Positions 1-9,325 of a stretch of 64,000 nucleotides of DNA are shown here, piece by piece; position 1 is the first letter of the stretch, and each line of letters starts with the position of its first letter. Location: the NCBI GenBank assembly GCA_964425225.1, contig CAYRMD010000010.1, positions 16,712 to 80,711 of the forward strand, given 5' to 3'. The stretch is from an uncultured Pirellulaceae bacterium (GTDB lineage: Bacteria > Planctomycetota > Planctomycetia > Pirellulales > Pirellulaceae). The notes beneath the pieces were generated by a model that saw nothing but the letters and a program-made list of their open reading frames with translations, was not told the origin of the DNA and searched no databases. Made by a program: the position numbers and the translations under genes.

Positions 1-1635
1 GTAGCCAAGTACAGTACGCACAGCGGTGTGCGGAAGCGAAGCAGTATTGCTAGGCAACGGCGATAAAGGGCACGAACGTGATCCAGAAAGCGTGCGTGAC
101 GCCGCGCCTGTTCCGCGCGACCTCGTAATAACCAAATCGACATCACCGGAACAAAGGTGCTGGATAGAACATACGAGACGACCATGGAAAAACCGACTGC
201 CAGAGCCAGCGATGCGAACAACGACCGTGCAGCTCCTCGCATGAAAAAAGCCGAAATAAACACCGCCAAGATACAAACCATCGCCAAGAATCTTGGGCGA
301 ACCGTTTCGACGGCTCCATCGCGCACGGCTCTGGCCAAAGGAGCTCCTTTTTCCAAATGTGAATGGATATTCTCGATCGCTACAGTAGCCTCATCCACCA
401 GGATTCCGATGGCCAATGCAAGGCCACCTAAGGTCATCAAATTGAGTGTCTGGCCCGTGATCTACAAGGAAAAAACGGCCGCCATGAGGGCCGGGGGAAT
501 GTTGAGCACGACGACCAGTGCGCTGCGCCAATCTTTGAGAAACCATAGAATCATGAGTCCCACGAGAACTGCCCTCAATAGTCCTTCGGTCACGACACCG
601 CTGACCCCGCGGGTAACGTACGGTGTCTGGTCGAATTCAAAACTGACGCGCACGTCGTCGGGCAGAACCGCTTGCATCTGCGGCAACGCGGCTTTGATGG
701 CATGGATAACCGAAAGGGTTGAAGCATCGGCCCGTTTGGTCGCCAAGATGTACACAGCACGCCGGCCGTTGACCAAAGCATAACCTGCCGGAAGATCCAT
801 ATAATCCCGCACCGTGCCAATATCCCGCAAACAAATTGTGTGCCCCGCCTCGCTACGAATCGGTACGGTTGCTAATTCAGCTACCTCCTTCACAACAGAA
901 TTGACGGGCACGACCGGATACTTGTCTTAATGGCATATTGCCGGAAGGACTGATACGGTTGCTATTGGCCAACGCAACCGCTACCTCTTCAGGCGACATG
1001 CCGTAAGCTTGCATTCGCTCAGGATCCAGCGTCACGACTACCGTGCGCTGACTGCCCCAAACGGCGGCGGCGCAGAAACTCCCGGAAGTGCCGCAAACAT
1101 GGGCCGCACGCGAAACAAAGCCAAATCTTGTATTTCCGCAATCGAACGGGTTTCGCTCGACAACACCAGCCGACCTACCGGCACACTCCCGGTATCGAAC
1201 CGCATCACGAACGGTGATACGGTACCGGGCGGCATAAAGGCTTGAGAACGATTCACGTAGTTAATCGTTTCCGCCATAGCCTGCGCCATATTGGTGCCCG
1301 GATGAAACACCAGTTTCATCAACGCTACGCTATGTATATTGCGCGACTCGACATGATGGATGCCGCTGATGTAAAGAAAGTGATACTCGTAATAATTGGT
1401 CAAATAACCTTCCATCTGAGCAGGATCCATGCCGCCGTATGGCTGACAAACATAGATAAGGGGCATATTCAGTATTGGAAAAATGTCGACTGGTATTCCC
1501 CGCGGCATGGCATCGGGATACCGCCATCCGAGCGCTTGGCACAACGGCTTGCCGGTAGCCAGTAGGAATCCCAGCATCAGCCCCGCAATTGCGATCATTA
1601 CCGTTATCGGGTAGCGCAGAAACGATCAAACGCAT
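1..1635 (-). pseudogene. RND/AcrB-family efflux transporter, N-terminal part, broken by frameshifts; runs off the window start
   Basis: AcrB-like peptide continues across three minus-strand frames. ORF 1038-1598 ends in TAG, and [40 protein letters not shown] continues in another frame. Another shift lies near 925-935 before YPVVPVNSVVKEV (ORF 462-911). A further shift at about 455-462 (T6 run) precedes [30 protein letters not shown], which stays open to position 1. Confidence 0.6.
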
Positions 1636-1693
1636 GGGAAGGTTATTTCTATGAACATCAGCTTCCAGAATTCGCCGTCAACTGCACCGCGTC

Positions 1694-2095
1694 TTGCAAT
1701 ACCGTAAACTAGTGAGCATGATATCGGAAGTCAATATCGAGACCGGATATTACGACGAACGGAGCGAGCCGAAAATGGATGAAAACCTGATGAAGTATCT
1801 CTGGGGCGGCTTTGTGCGACTCCATATTTTACATCATGCCGCCGAGGGACCCATCTGTGGCGTATACATGATCCAGGAATTAGCGCGTCATGGCTACCGT
1901 CTAAGTCCGGGGACGCTATACCCGATTCTGCACCAACTCGCCCACCGCGGCTATTTGCGTTGCGGGACCCAGGTTGTTGCGGGCCGCAGGCGCAAGAACT
2001 ACCGGATTACTCCTGTCGGCAGAAAACTATTACGCGAGGCGCGCGAAAAACTCAAGGAATTGGCCGGTGAAATCCTGCAGAGCTCCATGCCCTAG
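1694..2095 (+). CDS. PadR-family transcriptional regulator
   Basis: Winged-helix PadR-like motif: ILHHAAEGPICGVYMIQELARHGYRLSPGTLYPILHQLAHRGYL...NYRITPVGRKLL. Divergent from the RND gene. Start uncertain (TTG 1694, ATG 1718 or ATG 1775). Confidence 0.8.
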   Translation: MQYRKLVSMISEVNIETGYYDERSEPKMDENLMKYLWGGFVRLHILHHAAEGPICGVYMIQELARHGYRLSPGTLYPILHQLAHRGYLRCGTQVVAGRRRKNYRITPVGRKLLREAREKLKELAGEILQSSMP

Positions 2096-2624
2096 TGCTC
2101 CAGTCGCTGTTCGCGTGCGTCGTGCTTGTCCGCGAACCACTGTTACCCTACAAGTCGCAGCTCGTTCGGAAAGCATCCTTCGCTAACCGCGTAGCTAGCG
2201 CGGGAGACATCAGGATTCACAGGCAACCGGTGTGCGCTTGATATTCGGTTGCGCTTCCGGAGAACGAGCACGAACGTCGATGGTGCCGGTAAGCAGCTTC
2301 CATAAGTCCCGACGGGGTGCCCTAAACCGATGGAGTGCCTGAACCGTACATCGACCGCGCATTTTCGTTCCCAAGGGCGGCAATAGGAACTCTTCCCAAA
2401 CATCGGCTTGCGTTTTTGGCGAAATGTACCGATTGTTGAGCCGCAGAACTTTGCCGACAGCAGTTAAGTACTCTTCTCCGAGCAAAACGCGTATAATGTA
2501 CCGTCCAACCAGGTTCTGACGGATCATAGGCTGTCGGAGATCCTTTTGTATTTGTATTGGTTGCCACCGGCTTTAGGACCAACGGCCGCACAGGGAACCT
2601 CTCCTTTTCAAACGAAAGGAAGTT

Positions 2625-4709
2625 ATGGCCAACCGCCTTATCCACGAAACAAGCCCATACCTTGTTCAACATGCGCACAACCCGGTGGACTGGTATCCGT
2701 GGGGTGAAGAAGCCCTGGAAAAAGCTCGGCGCGAACAAAAGCCGATTTTTCTCTCGGTGGGTTATTCGGCCTGTCACTGGTGCCATGTAATGGAGCGCGA
2801 GAGCTTCGAGGATCCGGAGATCGCCCGCATGCTGAACGAATGGTTTGTAAGCATCAAAGTCGATCGCGAGGAGCGTCCGGATCTTGACCAGGTATACATG
2901 GGGGCGGTTCAGTTGCTTAGCGGCCATGGTGGGTGGCCCATGTCCGTGTTTCTGACGCCGGAGCTAAGACCGTTTTATGCCGGTACCTACTGGCCAGCCC
3001 GTGCGAGCCGCGGGATGCCCGGGTTCGATCAGGTACTTCGGGCCGTAGCCGAAGCATGGCAAAAGCGCAGGGAGCAAGTCGAACATGTGGCCTCGGAGGT
3101 AGCGCAGCGGCTGCGAGAAGTGCTGGCGGCTACGGCCCCCGAGCAACCACTGGAGCCCACCATCTTGGCAGAGGCCGCGCGCACAGCCGAGCGGCACTTC
3201 GATTTTCAAAACGGAGGATTCGGAACTGCCCCCAAGTTCCCGCATGCGCTGATGCTTCGCTTCTTGCTGCGCTACGGCCCACGCTCGGGCAACGATCGCT
3301 ATCGGCAAATGGTCGAGCTCAACCTGGACCGGATGGCAGGCGGCGGTATCTACGACCATCTGGGAGGCGGATTCGCCAGGTACAGCGTCGACAATCGCTG
3401 GCTAGTTCCCCACTTCGAAAAGATGCTTTACGACAATGCACTCCTGTCGATGACCTACCTGGAAGGGTATCTGGCGACGGGCAATGAGGAGTACCGGCGG
3501 GTCGTCGAAGAGACATGCGACTACGTGTTACGCGATTTGATGGACTTGCAGGGCGGGTTCTATAGCTCGGAGGATGCCGACAGCGAGGGGGAGGAAGGGA
3601 AATTCTATCTGTGGACCCCGCAGCAGGTGCACGAGATTCTCGACCCCGACACCGCTCAACTTTTTTGCCGCATTTATGACGTAACGGACGTGGGAAACTT
3701 CGAAGGCAAGAATGTGCTCAATTTGTCCAAGACCTGGGAGCAGTATGCGGCGCTATGTGGCATCCCCGTTGACGAGTTAAAAGCGCGCATGGCCCATGTT
3801 CGGCGGCTGCTCTTTGAACGCCGTAGCGAGCGAGTCCGTCCCGGACGCGACACGAAGGTTTTGACGAGCTGGAATAGTTTAATGATCGACGCACTGAGCC
3901 AAGCTGGTGCTGTCCTGGGTCGGTTCCCCTACGTTGAGGCGGCGCAGAAGGCTGCAGACTTCATCCTGGAACACTTGACGGGCCCACAGGACCACCTCTG
4001 GCATTGCCGACAGGGACCTACTGGCTTTGTGCCCGGTTTCCTGGAAGATTATGCCGGTATGATCGTGGCACTCGTGAGTTTGCACGATGCGGACCAGGAT
4101 GAAACGTGGATTCAGCACGCCCAAAGGTTTGCCGAGACACTGTTACGAGAGTTCCACGACGCCGCCGAGGGTGCGTTTTTCTACACGTCTTCTTCCCACG
4201 ATTCACCTCTGGTGCGTGTCAAGGATTTTCAAGATACGAGCCTCCCCAGCGGGAACGGGTTAGCCGCTTGGGGGCTCATTCAATTGGGCCAGTTGCTCGA
4301 CGAGCCGCGCTATCTGGAGGCGGCCCGCCGAACCGTGGGCAGCGCCGTACCGATCCTGCGACAGTGGCCGTTAGCTGCTGGCCAATTGCTCCTGGCATTA
4401 GATTGGCTTGTCGGGCCGATGCACGAGGTCGTCATCGTTGGAGATGCATCGCGACCGCCCGTTCAAGATTGGTTGACCCAGATTCGCCGTAGCCTGTGGA
4501 TGCGGCGGCTGTTGGCGATTCGCAACCCTCGACTTCAGGAGCACTGGGCCCCGCGTCTGAACCATCTTTTTGCAGGCAGGCTCGAAGGTCCTGAGCCCGC
4601 TTGTTACTTTTGCAGTCAATACGTCTGTCAGCCTCCGGTACAGTCAACTCACGAGGTGCGTGCGGTGCTCGACCAGTTGGTTGGACAACCGGTGCCCCCC
4701 GCGACTTGA
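2625..4709 (+). CDS. Thioredoxin-domain protein (DUF255/YyaL, SPATA20-like) with C-terminal six-hairpin-glycosidase-like region
   Basis: N-terminus is [45 protein letters not shown], containing a CxxC motif. 694 aa uninterrupted ORF. Confidence 0.85.
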   Translation: MANRLIHETSPYLVQHAHNPVDWYPWGEEALEKARREQKPIFLSVGYSACHWCHVMERESFEDPEIARMLNEWFVSIKVDREERPDLDQVYMGAVQLLSGHGGWPMSVFLTPELRPFYAGTYWPARASRGMPGFDQVLRAVAEAWQKRREQVEHVASEVAQRLREVLAATAPEQPLEPTILAEAARTAERHFDFQNGGFGTAPKFPHALMLRFLLRYGPRSGNDRYRQMVELNLDRMAGGGIYDHLGGGFARYSVDNRWLVPHFEKMLYDNALLSMTYLEGYLATGNEEYRRVVEETCDYVLRDLMDLQGGFYSSEDADSEGEEGKFYLWTPQQVHEILDPDTAQLFCRIYDVTDVGNFEGKNVLNLSKTWEQYAALCGIPVDELKARMAHVRRLLFERRSERVRPGRDTKVLTSWNSLMIDALSQAGAVLGRFPYVEAAQKAADFILEHLTGPQDHLWHCRQGPTGFVPGFLEDYAGMIVALVSLHDADQDETWIQHAQRFAETLLREFHDAAEGAFFYTSSSHDSPLVRVKDFQDTSLPSGNGLAAWGLIQLGQLLDEPRYLEAARRTVGSAVPILRQWPLAAGQLLLALDWLVGPMHEVVIVGDASRPPVQDWLTQIRRSLWMRRLLAIRNPRLQEHWAPRLNHLFAGRLEGPEPACYFCSQYVCQPPVQSTHEVRAVLDQLVGQPVPPAT

Positions 4710-4828
4710 ATCAACGGAAACGAAAGTAGCTCGGTGCTTCGTAAGCGTGGCCCTGCTCAAAGTCGTTCTTGGCCGGTTACTATTTGATAACGAGCATACT
4801 TATTGCGCAAATTTCTACAAAGCAAAAT

Positions 4829-5659
4829 CTAATAGCCGTAACCGTAACGGCTGGGAGTGCCAGGTCCAAAACGGTTCTCGACACCCAGCGTAAAGGTCCA
4901 ATTATGCATTGTGTCCAGGCCAGAACTGGAGACCGCGATGTTGTCGGTGGCATCAAACCTCACGGCAAGCCAACGCCCCACGTAGTATTTGCATCCGGCT
5001 CCAATCGGCAGGTGTAAAAGAGTTTCATCGAATTCTTGACCGTCGGCACTTATAAAGCGAAAACTTGCCCAACCAAGACCAACCGATAGAAACGGTCGCC
5101 ACCGCGAATCACCCCATGGATAATGCATCAAGTGCAGATCGCTGTACCAGTGCCGCGCTATACGTGGTTCGCGGGCGGCGTTCTCATCAACCAAGTCGGG
5201 CCGGGCAAAAGCGAGCCGATATTCCCAGCCCCAGTAATGATCATGATCCCAGCCGATGCGATAACCACCGAAGACGTCGGTCTCTTGTGCTTCTTTTCCC
5301 TTGATCAGTTCGTCACCGGAAATCGAACCCACGAGCCAACCGGCGTGAAGTGGTCGATTTAACCAACTGGTTCCCTGCAGCGGCTTGCCCCACCCGACGT
5401 CTTTACCCGGCGCATCGGGGTCCGTGTACGTCATTCCAAGCCACCGGCGATAGGCGAAAACAGGAGCTCCGTCCCAAGAAGGTATAGGCAATGGCCAAAT
5501 AGAATGCCCCGGATCGCTGACAAGTAAAAAATGATGCGGGGAGAGAGCGAGCGGGGCACTTGTTACATCGCTGTTCGATACGGCCATCGGAATCGGCAAA
5601 TCAGCGCCGAGTTCGGTGGCAGTCCCAAAGAACAATAAGGGTAGCAGCACTCGGAACAT
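4829..5659 (-). CDS. Secreted, probable outer-membrane beta-barrel protein
   Basis: Signal-like start MFRVLLPLLFFGTA at 5659. Trp/Tyr/Gly-rich alternating segments and an aromatic C-terminus (RYGYGY). The longer ORF start at 5860 would overlap the upstream gene. Confidence 0.6.
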   Translation of the reverse strand: MFRVLLPLLFFGTATELGADLPIPMAVSNSDVTSAPLALSPHHFLLVSDPGHSIWPLPIPSWDGAPVFAYRRWLGMTYTDPDAPGKDVGWGKPLQGTSWLNRPLHAGWLVGSISGDELIKGKEAQETDVFGGYRIGWDHDHYWGWEYRLAFARPDLVDENAAREPRIARHWYSDLHLMHYPWGDSRWRPFLSVGLGWASFRFISADGQEFDETLLHLPIGAGCKYYVGRWLAVRFDATDNIAVSSSGLDTMHNWTFTLGVENRFGPGTPSRYGYGY

Positions 5660-5694
5660 TCTTGTTCGGCCTTCGGGAGTCCACACGATACGTA

Positions 5695-6390
5695 TCACTC
5701 GCGTCGTAAGGCGGTTTGAAGAGCGTGTTCTGCAGCTTCTCGCGCCGCTTGTTCGGCTTCTGGATAGGGGGGACGTGCAGCTTGACGCAGTCGCGCGGCT
5801 AAGTGGCGCAGATCGTCCGCATCGGCATAGCGTGCTAAGTCTTCGAGGTCGGCTGCACATTGTTCCAACTGACGTGCGATTAGCCGAAGCTGGATGATCT
5901 GACTTTTGAACCCGCCAGCGAGCACGCTGCCCGTCGGTTCTCGACGTGCACCGGTTTCCGGAGCAAGCGACTCACTTCGGGTATTGTGATCGTGTTGCCG
6001 GGAAGAAATCGCAATGCGGCGCAAGGCGTCGATGAAGTCCTCTTCAGTGGCTCCAGCAGCTATACTTGCTTGGTCAATGGGGCTGCCCAAAGCACGACGC
6101 AAACGCAACAGTGTCTCGACCACGGACAATTCGCCCTCGGTGGCACAGCGCTGGTCAAATTCCGAGGCCGCCGGCGAGGAAATCGGTGGCGGTTCACTAC
6201 CGACAGGGGTTCGAACCAATGTACTACCGTCTTGTCCTCGAGCGCCAACGGTTAGCGCAAGAACAATCGCCGCTAGGGCCGCCACAGCACAGGCGCCTCC
6301 GCGATACAACACCCGGATTCGAGAAGACCTTGCCTCTGGATTTAGCCATTTTCCACCTGACACATCGTGCATGCTTCCCTCCTTGCTCAC
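5695..6390 (-). CDS. Hypothetical membrane-anchored or secreted protein
   Basis: 231 aa ORF with one N-terminal hydrophobic segment (GGACAVAALAAIVLALTVGA) and an Ala/Arg/Glu-rich helical C-terminus. No family recognised. Confidence 0.5.
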   Translation of the reverse strand: MSKEGSMHDVSGGKWLNPEARSSRIRVLYRGGACAVAALAAIVLALTVGARGQDGSTLVRTPVGSEPPPISSPAASEFDQRCATEGELSVVETLLRLRRALGSPIDQASIAAGATEEDFIDALRRIAISSRQHDHNTRSESLAPETGARREPTGSVLAGGFKSQIIQLRLIARQLEQCAADLEDLARYADADDLRHLAARLRQAARPPYPEAEQAAREAAEHALQTALRRE

Positions 6391-6512
6391 AGGGTCGATT
6401 TACCCACTGCGCTTGAAATAGAGCTTCCGCATCGGAAAGGTCGATCAAGTATAGTAAACGAGTGGTCATAAACCCAAGAGGAAAACCGCAACCCGGGTGG
6501 GCAGCGGAACGG

Positions 6513-8001
6513 GTGTGTGCGTCTTGCTTGTAGGTGGGATTTTGGTGTAGCAGGCGGGCCATCGCGGAAGTTTCCCTATTTTCCGCGACAGGAATGGAAA
6601 CAAGGTGTCTATCCTGATGGTAGATGAAATTATCGGTTATTTGCCCGGCCTGGCGTCGCTATGCCTTTTTTGACTGGACCCAATGTGGGCCGATGTGGGT
6701 GCATCTTGGCAAAGGCGTCTCCTTGAGGCAGGGGCCGAGAGAGCCACGACCCCGCGGGACCGGCCAATTCAATTGAACGCATGAGCGCCAGGAAGACTTC
6801 GTGTAGGTTCCTTCTGATCGCCTACGTGGCCTTCGCCTCTTTGCGTTATGCCGGTTCGTCGAAACCTACCTATGACTGTCTGTGTGCCGGGGCGCCCGAC
6901 TGGCGGTGTTGCCGGACGCTCGGGTTCGACCAACGTTGGCGGTCAAGCGACGTATCAGAGCAGCTGGTTGAGTGGACCGACCGTGCGGTGCCGCCAAACG
7001 GTTACTTAACCCACTAGCCGCCGGTGCAAATTCCCATTCGGAAAACTGCCGTACAGCGATTTGGCAGCGTTTCTTTTGCTAGCGTCTTACAACATCTTGT
7101 TGGGCTTCGGCAGCTAGCGATTATCTCCGCCAATAAGCTACACCGCGTCTCAGCAATCTCGATAGTAAAAAGGTTTCCAAACGCCCGTGTCCAGCGACGT
7201 CGGCGTAGTGTGCCCCAAAGGGCAAGGTGTTTTAAAGCACCGTAACCGTTCCAGGAGAACGAGGTATACACAAGTGTGTCGATAATCATAGTCGTGAATC
7301 AAAGATGGTGGTACCGAGCCCGGGGACAGGCCATGCCGTCCCAGGGACAGGCACCATGGACAAGGGGACAGGCACCGCGGCCCTCGGCTTTGGTAATCTA
7401 CGACACCTAGAAAGAGTCGCGAAAAATATAGATTGGCTATTTTGGAGAACACAGTAATATTGGAAAAAATCTGTTACGGCCTCCAGTAACGCAAATAAAA
7501 CAGCCATTGTCGCGATACGGCGGCAAGCGGGTGCTGACATGGCTTACGTCGCGCTACATGGCGGGTTAGCGTGTTCGACGCAGTCGTTCGAGGCACGTTT
7601 TCTTCCGGGTATTGCTAGCACGAGATGTGGCGTGCGGTGTGACGAACCGTTAACGCTGTATGCGTCGGGATTGCAGTAGGTACGTGCGTCATCGGGAGTA
7701 GCAACGTACCTTAAAATCGCGTGTTTTTGAGAAAGCCTACTGCATAAGTTAATGTGCATCCCCTAGCCGTGGCCCGGCGAACCTGTTCCACCCGGGGAAT
7801 AGACGACCTGTCGGAGCGGGTTTACAAGCCGACTCGGTGGAAGAAGCTGGCCCGATGCGCATAGTGCCGCTTCCTAAGGGCCGCGGCTGCCTAACGGTCG
7901 CGGCTCTCGAAAGCTATCCCTCTTCGGAAGCAATACGGAGAACCCCGGTGATAGCCAACTCGATTGAAGCCACGTCCTACCGACAAAAAAGGCGCACACA
8001 C
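6513..8001 (+). repeat. Copy A of a ~1.5 kb ORF-less element with terminal inverted repeats
   Basis: Left end is gtgtgtgcgtcttgcttgt (6513). Right end is acaaaaaaggcgcacacac (7983-8001), its imperfect reverse complement. Aligns end to end with the reverse complement of 60727-62194. No ORF over 100 aa, and frames are not shared with copy B. Confidence 0.85.
7324..7373 (+). repeat. Three phased GGACAGGC(ACC) motifs inside copy A
   Basis: GGACAGGC starts at 7324, 7345 and 7366, exactly 21 nt apart. The same triple is in copy B with different spacer sequences. Confidence 0.8.
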
Positions 8002-8044
8002 GGTGGAGGGTGCCCCACTGGGGCAAAGTCCATGGTTCGGGTTT

Positions 8045-8152
8045 TGGTATTGAGAGCGGATAGGGCTTAACGCAAAGACGCAGCGGCGCACAAGTAGCAA
8101 GGATAACTTTAGTAAGTGCTTCGGCTCGTGGGGCTTTGCGGCATTGTGTTCC
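8045..8152 (+). repeat. Partial copy of the short-element module next to copy A
   Basis: tattgagagcggatagggcttaacgcaaagacgcagcggcgcacaagtagcaaggataac...ggctttgcggcattgtg resembles 9195-9296 and 21995-22100. Confidence 0.35.
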
Positions 8153-8471
8153 GTAACACGGGTTTTCCCTGGCTTTTTGCGTTTTGCCGTCGCTGAGGCG
8201 CCATGCCTTCTAGCCTAGCCCCCTACGGCCGCCGCAAATGGGAAGTCGAACCGCTTAGCTGATAGGCCGACTTCCAATTGAGTAAAATGGTCGAGTGCTC
8301 GGAGCGGCAACTTAGGGGCGAATAATTCTTGCACAGGCGAGGTTGGAAGCAGCCGTTGAAAAACCCCCTGAGAAGCACGGGGAATTTCTGTTGCATTGGG
8401 CCTCGGCCGTTCTATCACGTCGGGAAAATGGCAAACATCGACCGTCGACATTGGAAAAAAGGAAAGATGCT

Positions 8472-9038
8472 GTGGTCGCTGTTCGGACAAAACTGGCATG
8501 CTGCTGTGGTCGTGAGCACTGGGTGGAAGGCAGTCAGGCCGGTAGCCGAATTATCTGTACGTGTGGCTCGATGATCGAGGTACCAGCACTGCGCGTGCTC
8601 CAACAGCTCGCCGGTCCGACGCCGCAGCCAGCGCAACAGGTCGAACACCCGCGGTCGACACCATCGACTGCGATGGCTAAAGTGTTTTCGGGTGTTTTGG
8701 CTGTGGCAGCGATGGGCTGCGCTGCCGTGGCCGGTGCCCTGTGGTTCGCTCGGTTTCAAATTGACACGCGTCGCACACCCGAAGATTATCTTCAGGCGGG
8801 CCGAAATGCCATTGATCGCATGACACCCGAGGAAGCACTGGCGTTATGGCGCTACTATCGCGATCAAGGGTTAATGCACGAACCGATTCCTGAACCGCTC
8901 CGCAATTGGGCTGTGGCGACCCAACTTACCCGATGGGCGCTTGGTGTTACGCTGGCAGCCAGCGTATTGGTTGGGCTGGCTGCAGTTGCGACCGTTTGGG
9001 CTAGGCGCCAAAGACATTCGCCAATTCAAGCGTCTTGA
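8472..9038 (+). CDS. Hypothetical membrane protein with N-terminal CxCG...CxCG zinc-ribbon-like motif
   Basis: Contains ACCCGREHWVEGSQAGSRIICTCGSMIEVP followed by two hydrophobic segments. GTG 8472 is preceded by AAGGAAAG. The longest ORF starts at 8343. Confidence 0.55.
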   Translation: MVAVRTKLACCCGREHWVEGSQAGSRIICTCGSMIEVPALRVLQQLAGPTPQPAQQVEHPRSTPSTAMAKVFSGVLAVAAMGCAAVAGALWFARFQIDTRRTPEDYLQAGRNAIDRMTPEEALALWRYYRDQGLMHEPIPEPLRNWAVATQLTRWALGVTLAASVLVGLAAVATVWARRQRHSPIQAS

Positions 9039-9065
9039 ATGCTTGTAGCGGGCAGACGGATCGAT

Positions 9066-9300
9066 GTGTGTGTCTTGCTTGTTGATGAGATTATTCCTTA
9101 GTTTCGCAGGTATAGTGTCCGTGTACCTTTTTCCGCTCAACCCATTGCCACCACATATACGGTCGATACGTGATTCCTGAAAAGGGCGTTCTGTTAAGCG
9201 AATGGAGTGATGTGACGCAGAGGCACCAAGACGCAGCGAAGATAACATCCAGCGTCAATGGCCTAACTGCGCCTTAGCGCCTTTGCGTTGCATTGGATTA
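9066..9300 (+). repeat. Short, truncated related element (copy D)
   Basis: Starts with the TIR-like gtgtgtgtcttgcttgttgatg (9066). Contains aatggagtgatg...aagacgcagcg...gcgcctttgcgttgcattgg (motif at 9277-9290). Fills the convergent gap before the lpxA stop. Confidence 0.55.
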
Positions 9301-9325
9301 GCGGACGGTTTGGCCGACGAACGGC

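Noticed and set aside
2322-2927. 201 aa ORF on the minus strand spanning the start of the thioredoxin-domain gene.
   Set aside because: It overlaps the well-supported DUF255 CDS N-terminus (the CxxC region), has no recognisable motif, and is most likely a spurious open frame.
6224-6562. ORFs 6224-6562(-) and 62144-62305(+), which share MxRLLxQNPxxxQDAHT at their N-termini.
   Set aside because: The shared peptide is simply the translated outer TIR region of the repeat, and similarity stops exactly at the element boundary. The downstream parts overlap or merely precede better-supported genes.
7024-7245. A possible small conserved protein inside the long elements. ORF 7024-7245(+) and ORF 61468-61653(-) share a frame over about 50 codons (…FGSVSFASVLQ…HRVSAISIVKRFPNARVQR…).
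   Set aside because: Start and stop positions differ between the copies. Most nucleotide differences change the amino acid, so there is no sign of purifying selection. The peptide is odd (Arg-rich, no motif). Elsewhere in the element the frames are broken by indels, so the conservation is better explained at the nucleotide level.
7324-7373. CRISPR array interpretation of the phased GGACAGGC repeats.
   Set aside because: There are only three short (8-12 nt) repeats with 9-13 nt spacers, no cas genes in the window, and the identical arrangement is duplicated inside copy B.
6513-8001. Group II intron interpretation of the long element, prompted by the GTGTG at the 5' end.
   Set aside because: GTGTG occurs at both ends only because of the terminal inverted repeat. 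I could find no domain V-like AGC...GNRA...hairpin or domain VI near either end. The element lies in intergenic DNA rather than interrupting a gene.
7790-8300. RNase P RNA or tmRNA. GAAGCTGGCCCGA resembles the E. coli M1 5' end, and GCAAAGTCCATGG resembles the P4 5' strand.
   Set aside because: There is no matching P4 3' strand (ACAGAAYCCGGCTTA-like). The order and spacing of the motifs are wrong. There is no tRNA-like 3' end or tag ORF for tmRNA. Most of this stretch is in fact the conserved inner part of repeat copy A.
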